Shown: positions 39,224 to 47,823 of the stretch, in pieces
How positions within the stretch are numbered: the first letter of the stretch is position 1
Layout of the letters: each line of letters begins with the position of its first letter
Virus record (IMG/VR): IMGVR_UViG_3300035698_022762
Location: 1 to 64,000 of that record
Reading direction: 5' to 3' (one strand)
DNA: 64,000 nt
Source of the DNA: a virus
Translations under genes and position numbers: made by a program
The notes under the pieces: model-generated
What the model saw: the letters and a program-made list of their open reading frames with translations, nothing else
What the model was told of the DNA's origin: nothing
Databases searched by the model: none

Positions 39224-39493
39224 ATGAACATATCTTTTAAAAAATGGTTAAATGAAATATCTCATGATAGCGGGATAATAACAAAAGCCCCTATGCCACA
39301 CCAGATGGGCGTAACAGGGGCTTTTCCAGTTCATTACGGTAAAGGCAACGCTGATCCTGAAAACCAAGACGGACAACTGCCTCCGGTGGTTTCTAAGAAG
39401 AATCGAAAGCACAAGAGAACAAAAGCTCGCCGGGGATTTTTTCATCCAGAAGGAGATGCTTTTCCCATAATCTCCAAATCTTCCATTCTTTAG
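39224..39493 (+). CDS. Small hypothetical protein (possible head-targeted)
   Basis: N-terminal MNISFKKWLNE; basic C-terminal half. Confidence 0.5.
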   Translation: MNISFKKWLNEISHDSGIITKAPMPHQMGVTGAFPVHYGKGNADPENQDGQLPPVVSKKNRKHKRTKARRGFFHPEGDAFPIISKSSIL

Positions 39494-40025
39494 GATGTTC
39501 GTCTAATATAAGCTTTTGTTGTTCCAACATAATCATATTATACGTACTTACAGTAAAAGAAAACAATTTACTGTATAACATCTTATTTATCTCGGATATG
39601 TCTGGATAATATATATCGGTAAACGCATGCCACAACCATCTTTTTTTTGCTTTTAAATGTTGTTTGGATGAATTAAATTCGTCGTAAAACTTTTCATAAA
39701 GATTTTTTGAAATAGGATTGTTGTAAGTGTTGTAGTTTGTAGGTATGGGATTTTCTAAATAACTAAATATATTATAGCCCGGAACAACAACACGTTTATC
39801 GTTAAATGGGTCTTGTGTAAAAAATTCGATCATTTCTGGCAATGGTTGATCTTTTTTGCATTCTGAAATCTTCCACTGTTTTACATACCAGCCATCATCT
39901 AATTTGTCTAAATGTATAACCAATCTTTCTTTCACCCATCTACCAATAAGAAATACAGTAATTGGGTATTCTACAATATTCCCAATAGTTCCAGACCTAA
40001 TTAAATATTCTATTCCTAAATTCAT
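39393..40025 (-). CDS. Hypothetical protein
   Basis: 210-aa ORF starting 4 nt after the acidic protein stop. Confidence 0.6.
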   Translation of the reverse strand: MNLGIEYLIRSGTIGNIVEYPITVFLIGRWVKERLVIHLDKLDDGWYVKQWKISECKKDQPLPEMIEFFTQDPFNDKRVVVPGYNIFSYLENPIPTNYNTYNNPISKNLYEKFYDEFNSSKQHLKAKKRWLWHAFTDIYYPDISEINKMLYSKLFSFTVSTYNMIMLEQQKLILDEHPKEWKIWRLWEKHLLLDEKIPGELLFSCAFDSS

Positions 40026-40029
40026 TTAA

Positions 40030-40233
40030 CTATAAATCATTCCATTCGTCTTCTTCGTCTTCTTCTTCTTCGTCATCGTCTTCCCATTCTTCTTCATCGT
40101 CGTCATCATCAATATCATAGTAAAGATCATCTTCATCTTCATCATCATCTTCGAAATCATCATCATCAAAATCGTCACCGTCCCAAATGCTATCTTCGTT
40201 GTCGTCGTCCCAAACACTTTTAGTATGCGCCAT
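40030..40233 (-). CDS. Extremely acidic 67-aa protein
   Basis: 44 of 67 residues are D/E, spaced by W/F/Y; AAGGAG RBS 8 nt upstream. Confidence 0.75.
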   Translation of the reverse strand: MAHTKSVWDDDNEDSIWDGDDFDDDDFEDDDEDEDDLYYDIDDDDDEEEWEDDDEEEEDEEDEWNDL

Positions 40234-40281
40234 TTTTTTTCTCCTTAATTTTGAATTAGTTTTTGATACATATTAAATAGA

Positions 40282-40755
40282 ATGCGATTAACAATTTTTA
40301 AAACTATTTTTTTAATTTTTATAGCTATTTCTTTCAATGGATGCATTGCACTTACCCCATTGAAAGCAGTAGCTGGTCCCTTAATAGATGCTTATGTGAT
40401 TTGGCGAGATGGCGAAGCACACAAATTCTATTATTATGACAGTAAAGTAGTATATCGAGCAGCTAGACGTGCTTCAATAAAAATGGATATGGAAATAGAA
40501 AAAACATTGCCTCCCAATAAAAAAGATTATAAATTTGTGGCAGGGGGGAATAACAAATTTAAAATCCACATTGAACATTATGATCTTAACATCACAAGAT
40601 TAAACGTTAGAATAAACTTTTTAGGCGACAAACAATTTGCTGAACTGTTTTATTCTCTAGTTGATAAAGAATTAAATAGAATAGACTATCTCCCCACAGG
40701 CCGTCCGGGAAATTTAGATGAAATAGGCACTTTAAAAGAAATTTTGAAGCTTTAA
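40282..40755 (+). CDS. Putative lipoprotein (DUF3568-like)
   Basis: Signal peptide with lipobox-like FNGC; C-terminal VRINFLGDKQFAELFY. Confidence 0.6.
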   Translation: MRLTIFKTIFLIFIAISFNGCIALTPLKAVAGPLIDAYVIWRDGEAHKFYYYDSKVVYRAARRASIKMDMEIEKTLPPNKKDYKFVAGGNNKFKIHIEHYDLNITRLNVRINFLGDKQFAELFYSLVDKELNRIDYLPTGRPGNLDEIGTLKEILKL

Positions 40756-42134
40756 TCGATAAAATTCCTAATCAGTTTTCCATTTTTCACAAACCACTTT
40801 TTGTCAATGTTCAAATTTTCATCTTGGTTAAATTCTACTTCTTCGTTCTCATAAATGGAATTTAAACAATACGCAGCATCAATTAAACAATCTTCTTCTT
40901 CGCTTCTTATTTCTTCAATTAAATTCCCATGTTGATCAAACTCAAAATAAATATCATTTGGTATTTCTATTTCCAAATTGAATAAAGGGTTTTCGTTTTT
41001 ACTTAATGAGCGAACCATATAATCAGATAAAACAACAGTTTTGTTTGTAGACAATTTTGCTATAGTGCCTGTAGGATGTTCATATATCTCATTTGGTTCA
41101 AAGTCTAAGTCAGACCATTTTTTTCCAGAAAGCATAGAAACTTTTTGTTCAATAATTTTACGTTGCGTAAACACCGTTCGCATGATATCTGAATTTTTTC
41201 CGCCATTACGACGCTCTATAGCAAGCATGGTTTTTGCAACACCATTTAAAAAATTCTTGGTTCTTGGCGCTTTTTTGGAAGCGAGTAAAAAGCATTTTAA
41301 CAATTGGTTTCTAGCTTCTATTAAAGCCAATTCTGGTGATTGCGAATTCATTTCTCTTTCGAAAATCCTTACCATAATTTCATACCAAGCTCCAACGAAA
41401 ACTCTGCCAAAACTGTGACATTCAGCAGCTAGTTCATCATGTGGGGCATTTTCATTTAAAAATGCAGGATTTATATAATTGAATTTTTTAGTGGCGTCTC
41501 GTAAAGAATCGTGCCAATTCCTGTTTTTGCCTTGGGTAGATTTGTATATCAATATGCCTACTTCTTCGCCTACTCTAGAAATAACGTTGGTTCCCATCAA
41601 ATTACCATCTGTTTCTTTTAAAGCGTACTTTATGACTGAATCATATTCCATGATAGAGCAAATAGCTGTAATGTCAGCAAAAGCTTCATGAAAAGACCAA
41701 GTTTCTAATGATGGCAATGCCCACAAATCTTTTCTCAATGCATCTAATATAGCATGTCCCAATTCGTGGGCAACAATGTCTGCTGAATCCGCCGTATATA
41801 TTGTTTTATCTTCAGCAGTGTGATAAAAGAATTTTAAAGATTTTCTATCATAAAAAGCATTTATGTTTTCACCGGCTCTAGGATACGCTTTTAGTGTGTC
41901 GACAGCAGCCCATTTTTGAAAAGGACGATCTAAAGTGTGTTGCATTAAATTTATGCAATTAGTTAACGTTACATAACATCCAGTTGCTTGTGATTTTTCA
42001 GACCCAAATTTTGGTATACCCTTTCTAGGCTTACCAACAACTTGAATGTTGGGGAATGTCGATTCTGGAATTTCTGTATCAATTACCAAATTGGGGGTAG
42101 TAGGGTCATTAACTAAATATTTGAATTTTGACAT
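40752..42134 (-). CDS. Zinc metallopeptidase, thermolysin/fungalysin (M4/M36)-like
   Basis: NINAFYD, DIVAHELGHA (HExxH), SFHEAFADI (third-ligand ExxxD), ECHSFGR; AAGGAG RBS. Confidence 0.88.
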   Translation of the reverse strand: MSKFKYLVNDPTTPNLVIDTEIPESTFPNIQVVGKPRKGIPKFGSEKSQATGCYVTLTNCINLMQHTLDRPFQKWAAVDTLKAYPRAGENINAFYDRKSLKFFYHTAEDKTIYTADSADIVAHELGHAILDALRKDLWALPSLETWSFHEAFADITAICSIMEYDSVIKYALKETDGNLMGTNVISRVGEEVGILIYKSTQGKNRNWHDSLRDATKKFNYINPAFLNENAPHDELAAECHSFGRVFVGAWYEIMVRIFEREMNSQSPELALIEARNQLLKCFLLASKKAPRTKNFLNGVAKTMLAIERRNGGKNSDIMRTVFTQRKIIEQKVSMLSGKKWSDLDFEPNEIYEHPTGTIAKLSTNKTVVLSDYMVRSLSKNENPLFNLEIEIPNDIYFEFDQHGNLIEEIRSEEEDCLIDAAYCLNSIYENEEVEFNQDENLNIDKKWFVKNGKLIRNFID

Positions 42135-42163
42135 AAAATCTCCTTTTACTAATATCTATTAAT

Positions 42164-42754
42164 ATGAATGATAAAGAAAAAAGAATTCAAGAACAAAGAA
42201 CAATAGAAGCGGCCAAAAAGAATTTGTCCATAAAGGGCATTTGTATAGCAAAAAACTTAGGACAACCAATGGTGCTTCATGATATTGGAGGATTTTCAGA
42301 AAAATATGAAGCTATGGATGTCTACAATCTAGATGATGAACCAAATGAAAATGAAATGCCTTATTATCTTGAAAGTGGCGGGACGTTTTTGGAAGAACCT
42401 TATTCTAGTGAGTGGCAAGAAAGAAATTATAACATAGATCGCACACAACCAGCAATGCTTGGGTATTATTACAATGGACTTAGAAGTGGATTTAATTTGG
42501 AAATAAAACAGTCTATTATAGAAAAAGTTTTAATTATAAGACATGCTGGAAAAGAGGTTTATAAAGACTTCGGTGGGGATTTACACATATACGTTCCAGA
42601 CGACACATGGGAGAATATGATTAATGTATTGTACAATTCAGCATTAAAAGTAAAAAAGAATACTACTAAAATCAAAAAAGAAGAAATGAAAAAAGATACA
42701 GATAAAAAAATAAAAGATTTTTGGAATAAAATAAAATCAAAATGGGGAGTTTAG
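42164..42754 (+). CDS. Hypothetical protein
   Basis: 196-aa ORF. Confidence 0.7.
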   Translation: MNDKEKRIQEQRTIEAAKKNLSIKGICIAKNLGQPMVLHDIGGFSEKYEAMDVYNLDDEPNENEMPYYLESGGTFLEEPYSSEWQERNYNIDRTQPAMLGYYYNGLRSGFNLEIKQSIIEKVLIIRHAGKEVYKDFGGDLHIYVPDDTWENMINVLYNSALKVKKNTTKIKKEEMKKDTDKKIKDFWNKIKSKWGV

Positions 42755-43233
42755 GTTAAAATAATATATGCTAATATTCCTATTAGTATGATTACTATCC
42801 CCCATAAAAAATCGAATTTTACAAAACTAGATTTTTTATTCTTTTTTTTCTCAATAATTGAGGAAGCAGAAACGTTGACATTTTCTTTGGTTAAAATCCT
42901 TACAACTCTAAGTAATGCTTCTTTCAAATCGTATCTAGTTACATAATTGTCTTCATCGTTTTTCAACGCACTAACGTTTTCTTCTTCTTTTTCTTCTAAA
43001 GGATGTTCAATGTGTTCTATTGAAGAATCAATGATTTGTCCATCTTCATTGTAATCAAATACTTCTCTTTTAACTATAACTGGCTCTTTGTATTCGACGA
43101 TCTTTTTTTCTAGATATTTAGGCAATTCTGGTTCTACATACAATTCTACAGTTTTGGTGTTCCCATCAATAGATGTTACACGTTTTCCTTTACGACCATC
43201 TTCCAACCAAATTAATTCAATAGTTTTTTCCAT
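42751..43233 (-). CDS. Hypothetical protein with C-terminal transmembrane anchor
   Basis: FLWGIVIILIGILAYIILT preceded by a basic patch. Confidence 0.7.
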   Translation of the reverse strand: MEKTIELIWLEDGRKGKRVTSIDGNTKTVELYVEPELPKYLEKKIVEYKEPVIVKREVFDYNEDGQIIDSSIEHIEHPLEEKEEENVSALKNDEDNYVTRYDLKEALLRVVRILTKENVNVSASSIIEKKKNKKSSFVKFDFLWGIVIILIGILAYIILT

Positions 43234-44378
43234 TAATTAGCCTGTGTCCAATCTGGTGAAATCAAATCTGCTGCTCTCAAACGATGGGGAGTTTCGGTGA
43301 TTTCAGTTGGAGCATCATTGTCTGTATCGCCAGTTGCGTATACATAAGTAATTCTTTTAGCTAAATCTCCAACTTTAGCACCAGCAGAATACTCAATGAC
43401 CTGAACGACGTTAGGTATAGTTGCCCCATCCACCCATCTTTTTCTAAAAATAAATAGTCCCGAACGTCCTGCAAGCAACTCATAATCTTTTTTCATTTTT
43501 GAATATAGATTTGCAGTTGTACCATCAGGACTTGCAAGCTCAAGTAGCCTACCTGAATTGTTTCTTGCGTTTTTCAATATTGCAATATCGATTGGAGTGT
43601 ATACTTCTGCATAATCGCCTGTTAGTGCGTCACTAGAAGTATTGCCTGTTCCACTAATTGTAATTGTATTTACGGAAGGTACGGCAATGCTTGCATCTAC
43701 ACCATCTACAGATGTTTGAGAATTAGAATTCTTAACAATGACTTCCATCGTTGCAGACAAACCATGATTTGCTATTGTTATAGTTGGAGTTGTGTTTTTG
43801 TTTATAGCAGTTACCTCCAAATATAAAGGTACCAATATGTTGACACCATCAGAGTAGTTCAACACTTGGTCTACACCATGTCTATAAAAATAGTTCGGAA
43901 TATCTGCTACGCCTGCTAAGTAATTGAATTTCAATAACCTTTCAAGACCTGTGTTGACAACATAAAATCTCATTCTATCTTTAGATTTTTTTTGCTTAAT
44001 GGAAACGTATCTGCTGTTTGAACTTTTATTTGTCAATTCAAGAGTAGCGACAAACAAATCACTAAATCCTGAATTACTATTCAATTCATTTACAATAGTC
44101 TCTTGATCTACTGATGAGGAACTAGTCAAGGTTACGCTTAGAGTTTGCCAATGTTTGTACTCATTTTCGCTAAATGAATATTTTATTGTCAAAACTTCTG
44201 AATCGTTACCGTTTTCATCGGTTCCAGATAAGTCATATGGCGAATCGCCCCAACTTCTAACAAAATCATCGCCACGACCAGTATTTGGTTTAACAATAAA
44301 TGTTGGCTGATGATGTCTGTCGCCTAAAACTAGACTACCTACGAATTCTTGAGAAAATGGATTTTGAAAATATGGCAT
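43233..44378 (-). CDS. Putative virion structural protein
   Basis: 381 aa, S/T/N-rich beta composition, ITIANHGL motif seen in phage structural domains. Confidence 0.55.
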   Translation of the reverse strand: MPYFQNPFSQEFVGSLVLGDRHHQPTFIVKPNTGRGDDFVRSWGDSPYDLSGTDENGNDSEVLTIKYSFSENEYKHWQTLSVTLTSSSSVDQETIVNELNSNSGFSDLFVATLELTNKSSNSRYVSIKQKKSKDRMRFYVVNTGLERLLKFNYLAGVADIPNYFYRHGVDQVLNYSDGVNILVPLYLEVTAINKNTTPTITIANHGLSATMEVIVKNSNSQTSVDGVDASIAVPSVNTITISGTGNTSSDALTGDYAEVYTPIDIAILKNARNNSGRLLELASPDGTTANLYSKMKKDYELLAGRSGLFIFRKRWVDGATIPNVVQVIEYSAGAKVGDLAKRITYVYATGDTDNDAPTEITETPHRLRAADLISPDWTQAN

Positions 44379-44445
44379 TATATATCTTTCTTTATTTTGG
44401 TACTTTATATATTAAAGTTTATTCTTTAATTATTTAGCAAACAAA

Positions 44446-44488
44446 TTTAAAAAACCGCCTGCGAATTAACGCAAGGCGGTTTTTTAAA
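44446..44488 (-). terminator. Rho-independent terminator (bidirectional potential)
   Basis: tttaaaaaaccgcctgcg-aattaa-cgcaaggcggttttttaaa downstream of the 44507..44797 gene. Confidence 0.85.
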
Positions 44489-44506
44489 ACTAAATTGTCT
44501 TTTTTT

Positions 44507-44797
44507 TTAGACATTAAGATATTCTTGTACCAAAGTGGTATTAGAATATCTCGATTCTGGCGTGTTTTTTCTTAGAATGCGTCTTTTGTCAATTTGACCT
44601 ATTTTGGCAATTTGACTAAGACTATATTTTTTAAATGGGGCATCATTCGGAGTGCGAACAACGTTCCCTTCACGTATTTCCACACCTTTTATGTGGGTTG
44701 CTGTTCGATCTGTTACGAGAACAGTTCGGCGAACTGGATGTGTGTGGCTGTTACCTTTGTAGAAAAATCTCGCTACGTTCAAATTCTTTTTAGACAT
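44507..44797 (-). CDS. Small basic hypothetical protein
   Basis: ATG 44797 (MSKKNLNV) with AGGAGGA RBS; own promoter and terminator. Confidence 0.7.
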   Translation of the reverse strand: MSKKNLNVARFFYKGNSHTHPVRRTVLVTDRTATHIKGVEIREGNVVRTPNDAPFKKYSLSQIAKIGQIDKRRILRKNTPESRYSNTTLVQEYLNV

Positions 44798-44821
44798 GTT
44801 GTGTCCTCCTATTTGAAGTAA

Positions 44822-44849
44822 ATTATAACATTCCAATATGAAAAAACAA
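44822..44849 (-). promoter_or_regulatory. Putative sigma70 extended -10 promoter
   Basis: Minus strand TTGTTT-16 nt-TATAAT, with TG one base before the -10. Confidence 0.55.
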
Positions 44850-44888
44850 TGCTATTTCGTTATATAATTAAAGAAAGGTGATTTTATC

Positions 44889-46775
44889 ATGGAACATAAA
44901 AATATATATCAGTCGTTATTTAGAGAAGAAGTAAACATGGAAATAGTGACGCCGGAAGATATTCCTGTCCCTGAAATTCCATTTGAAGAATTTGTTTCTG
45001 ATTATAATACGATTGAAGAAGTTGTCAACACAGAGAAATTTAAAGAAATTTATAGCCACTTTTTTGAATTCAACGAAAACGAAGAAGAAATATTTATTGG
45101 CGAAGACGAAGAAGAAGTAGAATCTTATGATCACGAAACGCAAGTTAGGGAAATTATAAAATGTGCAAATGATTTTGCTTATTTTGCCCACAAATATATA
45201 AGAATTTCCCACCCAACTAGAGGATTGATCCCTTTTAGAATGTATAAGTATCAAAAAAAGGTTTTAGTAAACTATGAAGAAAATAGATTTAACATATTGA
45301 GCAAATTTAGACAAGGTGGGTTGACCACCCTATCTGTTCTTTGGTCTTTGTGGAGATGCATGTTTACTAACGATCAAAGAATAATGGTTCTCTCCAAAAC
45401 AGACCGTGAGGCAAAATCGGCAGGAGAAATGGTCAAAAACGCTATCAAACACTTGCCTGAATGGTTAAGTCCTGCTTTAGCAAAAAGCAATGAACACGAA
45501 ACGCATTTTGATGAAACTGGTTCTTATATGTGGTTCTACACGCCAGAAGCTGCTCGTGGTAAATCGCTTACTGTTTTGATAATTGATGAAGCAGCATTCG
45601 TTCCTGACATGGAAGTCCACTGGAAGGCCATGTACCCCGTTATATCCACTGGTGGTTCTTGTATAGTAGTATCAACCGTTAGAGGTACTGGAAATTGGTA
45701 CCACAGAATGTATACAGATGCGGAAGCTGGATTGAATCCATTTAATATTATTGATCTTGACTATTGGGAACATCCAGACTATGTGAATCCTAAATGGGTA
45801 AAAGATACAAAAGCCATATTGGGAGATAAAGGGTGGGCGCAAGAAGTTCTAAGATCATTCTTAGGGTCTGGTGAAACATTCATTGATCCTAAAATCGTGG
45901 CTGCTATTCAACTGTACACCAAAAACAATGAACCTATTAGAATAAAATTTAGTGAATGGGCTAATAAAAATTATGATTCTAAAAGCGATTGGGAGAAAGG
46001 TGCGTTTTGGATTTGGAAAGAACCTATTGAGGGACATGATTATATTTTAACGGCTGATTGTGCAGAAGGTGTTGGAGAAGATGGAGACAATAGTGCTTTT
46101 CACGTTCTAGATGTAGCTACTTTAGAACAAGTAGGAGAGTTTTATAGCAACACAATCCCCCCTCACATGTTTGCAAAAATCATTAATGGAGTTGCGTATT
46201 ATTATAACACCGCTTTAGTAGTTGTAGAAAATATAAATCAAGGTGTGGCCGTATTAAGTGGGTTGCAACACGATTTGGCATATGAAAATATATATTTCGA
46301 GCCAAAAGGTAAAATGGAAATACCGGGTGTTAAGCCTAACAGAAATAGCAGAGCAGTATATTTAGAAACCTTGCAAAATAGAGTAATTAATGGGGTTGTA
46401 AAAATAAACAGCAGAAGACTATCAAAGGAATTAAACACATTCGTTTTTAACGCACAAAAAAAGAAAGCAGAAGCACAAAAAGGCAAGCACGACGACGCAA
46501 TCATAGCAATGGCTATAGGGCTTCATGTAAGAGACTTGCAACAAAGAAACCTTCCATTAGGGGCAGATACGCCAGAAGAAATAATGAAAGGATTTAATAA
46601 AGAAGTATATGAACAAATTAAAAAAGAAATAGAAAGTGATGCGCCAGAAGACTGGCTTTCGGATAATGAAGAATATGATCCTATTTTGAATCCTAATCAA
46701 GATGAAATTATGCCACCTGTAATGTTTGAAGTAGGTAGAAAAAATGAAAAATTACTTAGAGAATTTGGTTGGTAA
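44889..46775 (+). CDS. terL: Terminase large subunit (T4 gp17-like)
   Basis: MYKYQ Q-motif, KFRQGGLTT Walker A, LIIDEAAF Walker B, VSTVRG, nuclease ADCAEG..D, HDDAIIA. Confidence 0.95.
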   Translation: MEHKNIYQSLFREEVNMEIVTPEDIPVPEIPFEEFVSDYNTIEEVVNTEKFKEIYSHFFEFNENEEEIFIGEDEEEVESYDHETQVREIIKCANDFAYFAHKYIRISHPTRGLIPFRMYKYQKKVLVNYEENRFNILSKFRQGGLTTLSVLWSLWRCMFTNDQRIMVLSKTDREAKSAGEMVKNAIKHLPEWLSPALAKSNEHETHFDETGSYMWFYTPEAARGKSLTVLIIDEAAFVPDMEVHWKAMYPVISTGGSCIVVSTVRGTGNWYHRMYTDAEAGLNPFNIIDLDYWEHPDYVNPKWVKDTKAILGDKGWAQEVLRSFLGSGETFIDPKIVAAIQLYTKNNEPIRIKFSEWANKNYDSKSDWEKGAFWIWKEPIEGHDYILTADCAEGVGEDGDNSAFHVLDVATLEQVGEFYSNTIPPHMFAKIINGVAYYYNTALVVVENINQGVAVLSGLQHDLAYENIYFEPKGKMEIPGVKPNRNSRAVYLETLQNRVINGVVKINSRRLSKELNTFVFNAQKKKAEAQKGKHDDAIIAMAIGLHVRDLQQRNLPLGADTPEEIMKGFNKEVYEQIKKEIESDAPEDWLSDNEEYDPILNPNQDEIMPPVMFEVGRKNEKLLREFGW

Positions 46776-46821
46776 ATTGTGATTTTAACTATATTATTAA
46801 AGACCATTTTAGGAGATTGAA

Positions 46822-47196
46822 ATGAAAACAGAAAAATCCCTTTCATATTTAAGACAAGCTTTAAATCATATGCCCAATAGCAATAAGTATTCAGAAGCAA
46901 AAAACTTATTGCGACGTGCCTATGGCAAAATTCAAGATGTGGATATTAGAGAGGCAAAAAAAGAATCTACTGTTTCAGATAACGATTCCGATAATGTCTC
47001 TAAACAGTGGGCTATGGGAAACAATGGGGTAATGTCGAATCCATTTGAACAAAAGATGTTCGAACAGAAAAGTAAAGTACTACTTAAAACAATAGAACAA
47101 ATGATCCAAGAAGAAAAAGACAAATTGGATACTATTAAACAAGAAAAAAATACGCCGCAAAAGCCAACTGGACCAGTTGATATGTTAAACGGATAA
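46822..47196 (+). CDS. Hypothetical protein
   Basis: 124 aa, AGGAGA RBS. Confidence 0.7.
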   Translation: MKTEKSLSYLRQALNHMPNSNKYSEAKNLLRRAYGKIQDVDIREAKKESTVSDNDSDNVSKQWAMGNNGVMSNPFEQKMFEQKSKVLLKTIEQMIQEEKDKLDTIKQEKNTPQKPTGPVDMLNG

Positions 47197-47772
47197 CGTT
47201 CTTTGCTTCATGAAGTACAAGCTTTTTTCATAAAAATCTTCTGCTTCTAATAAAACTTCAGAAGAAATAGTGTTTTTGTGTTGAACAATTTCTTCTGTAA
47301 AGTATTGCAAAGGTTGTTTTAATCCTAAATAATTGTCGATTAAATCCAATCCCTTATTAGAAATCAAGTCTCGATAAGTAAGCAAAACAGAATTAGGAGT
47401 ATGATTTGTCATTTCTCTTATTCTTTTTATTCTAAATAAGTAATATCTTAAAGCTGTTTTTTCGTGCATGCCTTCGTAAACTAAATCATTTATAACCTCT
47501 TTTGGAGGCTTTATATAATAAACAAATTTACACATTTTAAAAAAAGATTTATGTCTAAATTGAAAGTTTTTCAAAAGGGTGGTCGAATAAATCGCAGAAG
47601 AATTGTTTAATTTGTGAGGACTTCTTAATAATGCACTATATAGCATAGTAGGATGGCTAAACACATACCCATCACTGATAAGTGTTTGTATTCTTGGATT
47701 AAATTCTAGAGATTTTTCTAAGAATTGATAATTAGAACAAAGATGAGAAATTAAAAAAAGAATACGTTTCAT
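47185..47772 (-). CDS. Degenerate sulfotransferase-fold protein
   Basis: ILFLISHLCSN..L..NPRI (5'-PSB-like), FVYYIKPPKEVI (3'-PB-like), LLTYRDLI (RYEDL-like). Confidence 0.45.
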   Translation of the reverse strand: MKRILFLISHLCSNYQFLEKSLEFNPRIQTLISDGYVFSHPTMLYSALLRSPHKLNNSSAIYSTTLLKNFQFRHKSFFKMCKFVYYIKPPKEVINDLVYEGMHEKTALRYYLFRIKRIREMTNHTPNSVLLTYRDLISNKGLDLIDNYLGLKQPLQYFTEEIVQHKNTISSEVLLEAEDFYEKSLYFMKQRTLSV

Positions 47773-47823
47773 GATTTACTACATTAAAAGAGTACATAAA
47801 AAGAAATTAAAGGAAAATAAATA

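Noticed and set aside
40026-40217. Met/Thr/Lys-rich 63-aa ORF
   Set aside because: Alternate frame of the GAT/GAC/GAA-rich acidic gene, which has the RBS
46776-47823. Tail sheath/tube genes expected between terminase and portal (T4 order)
   Set aside because: The two ORFs here show no sheath or tube motifs; those genes are presumably elsewhere in the genome
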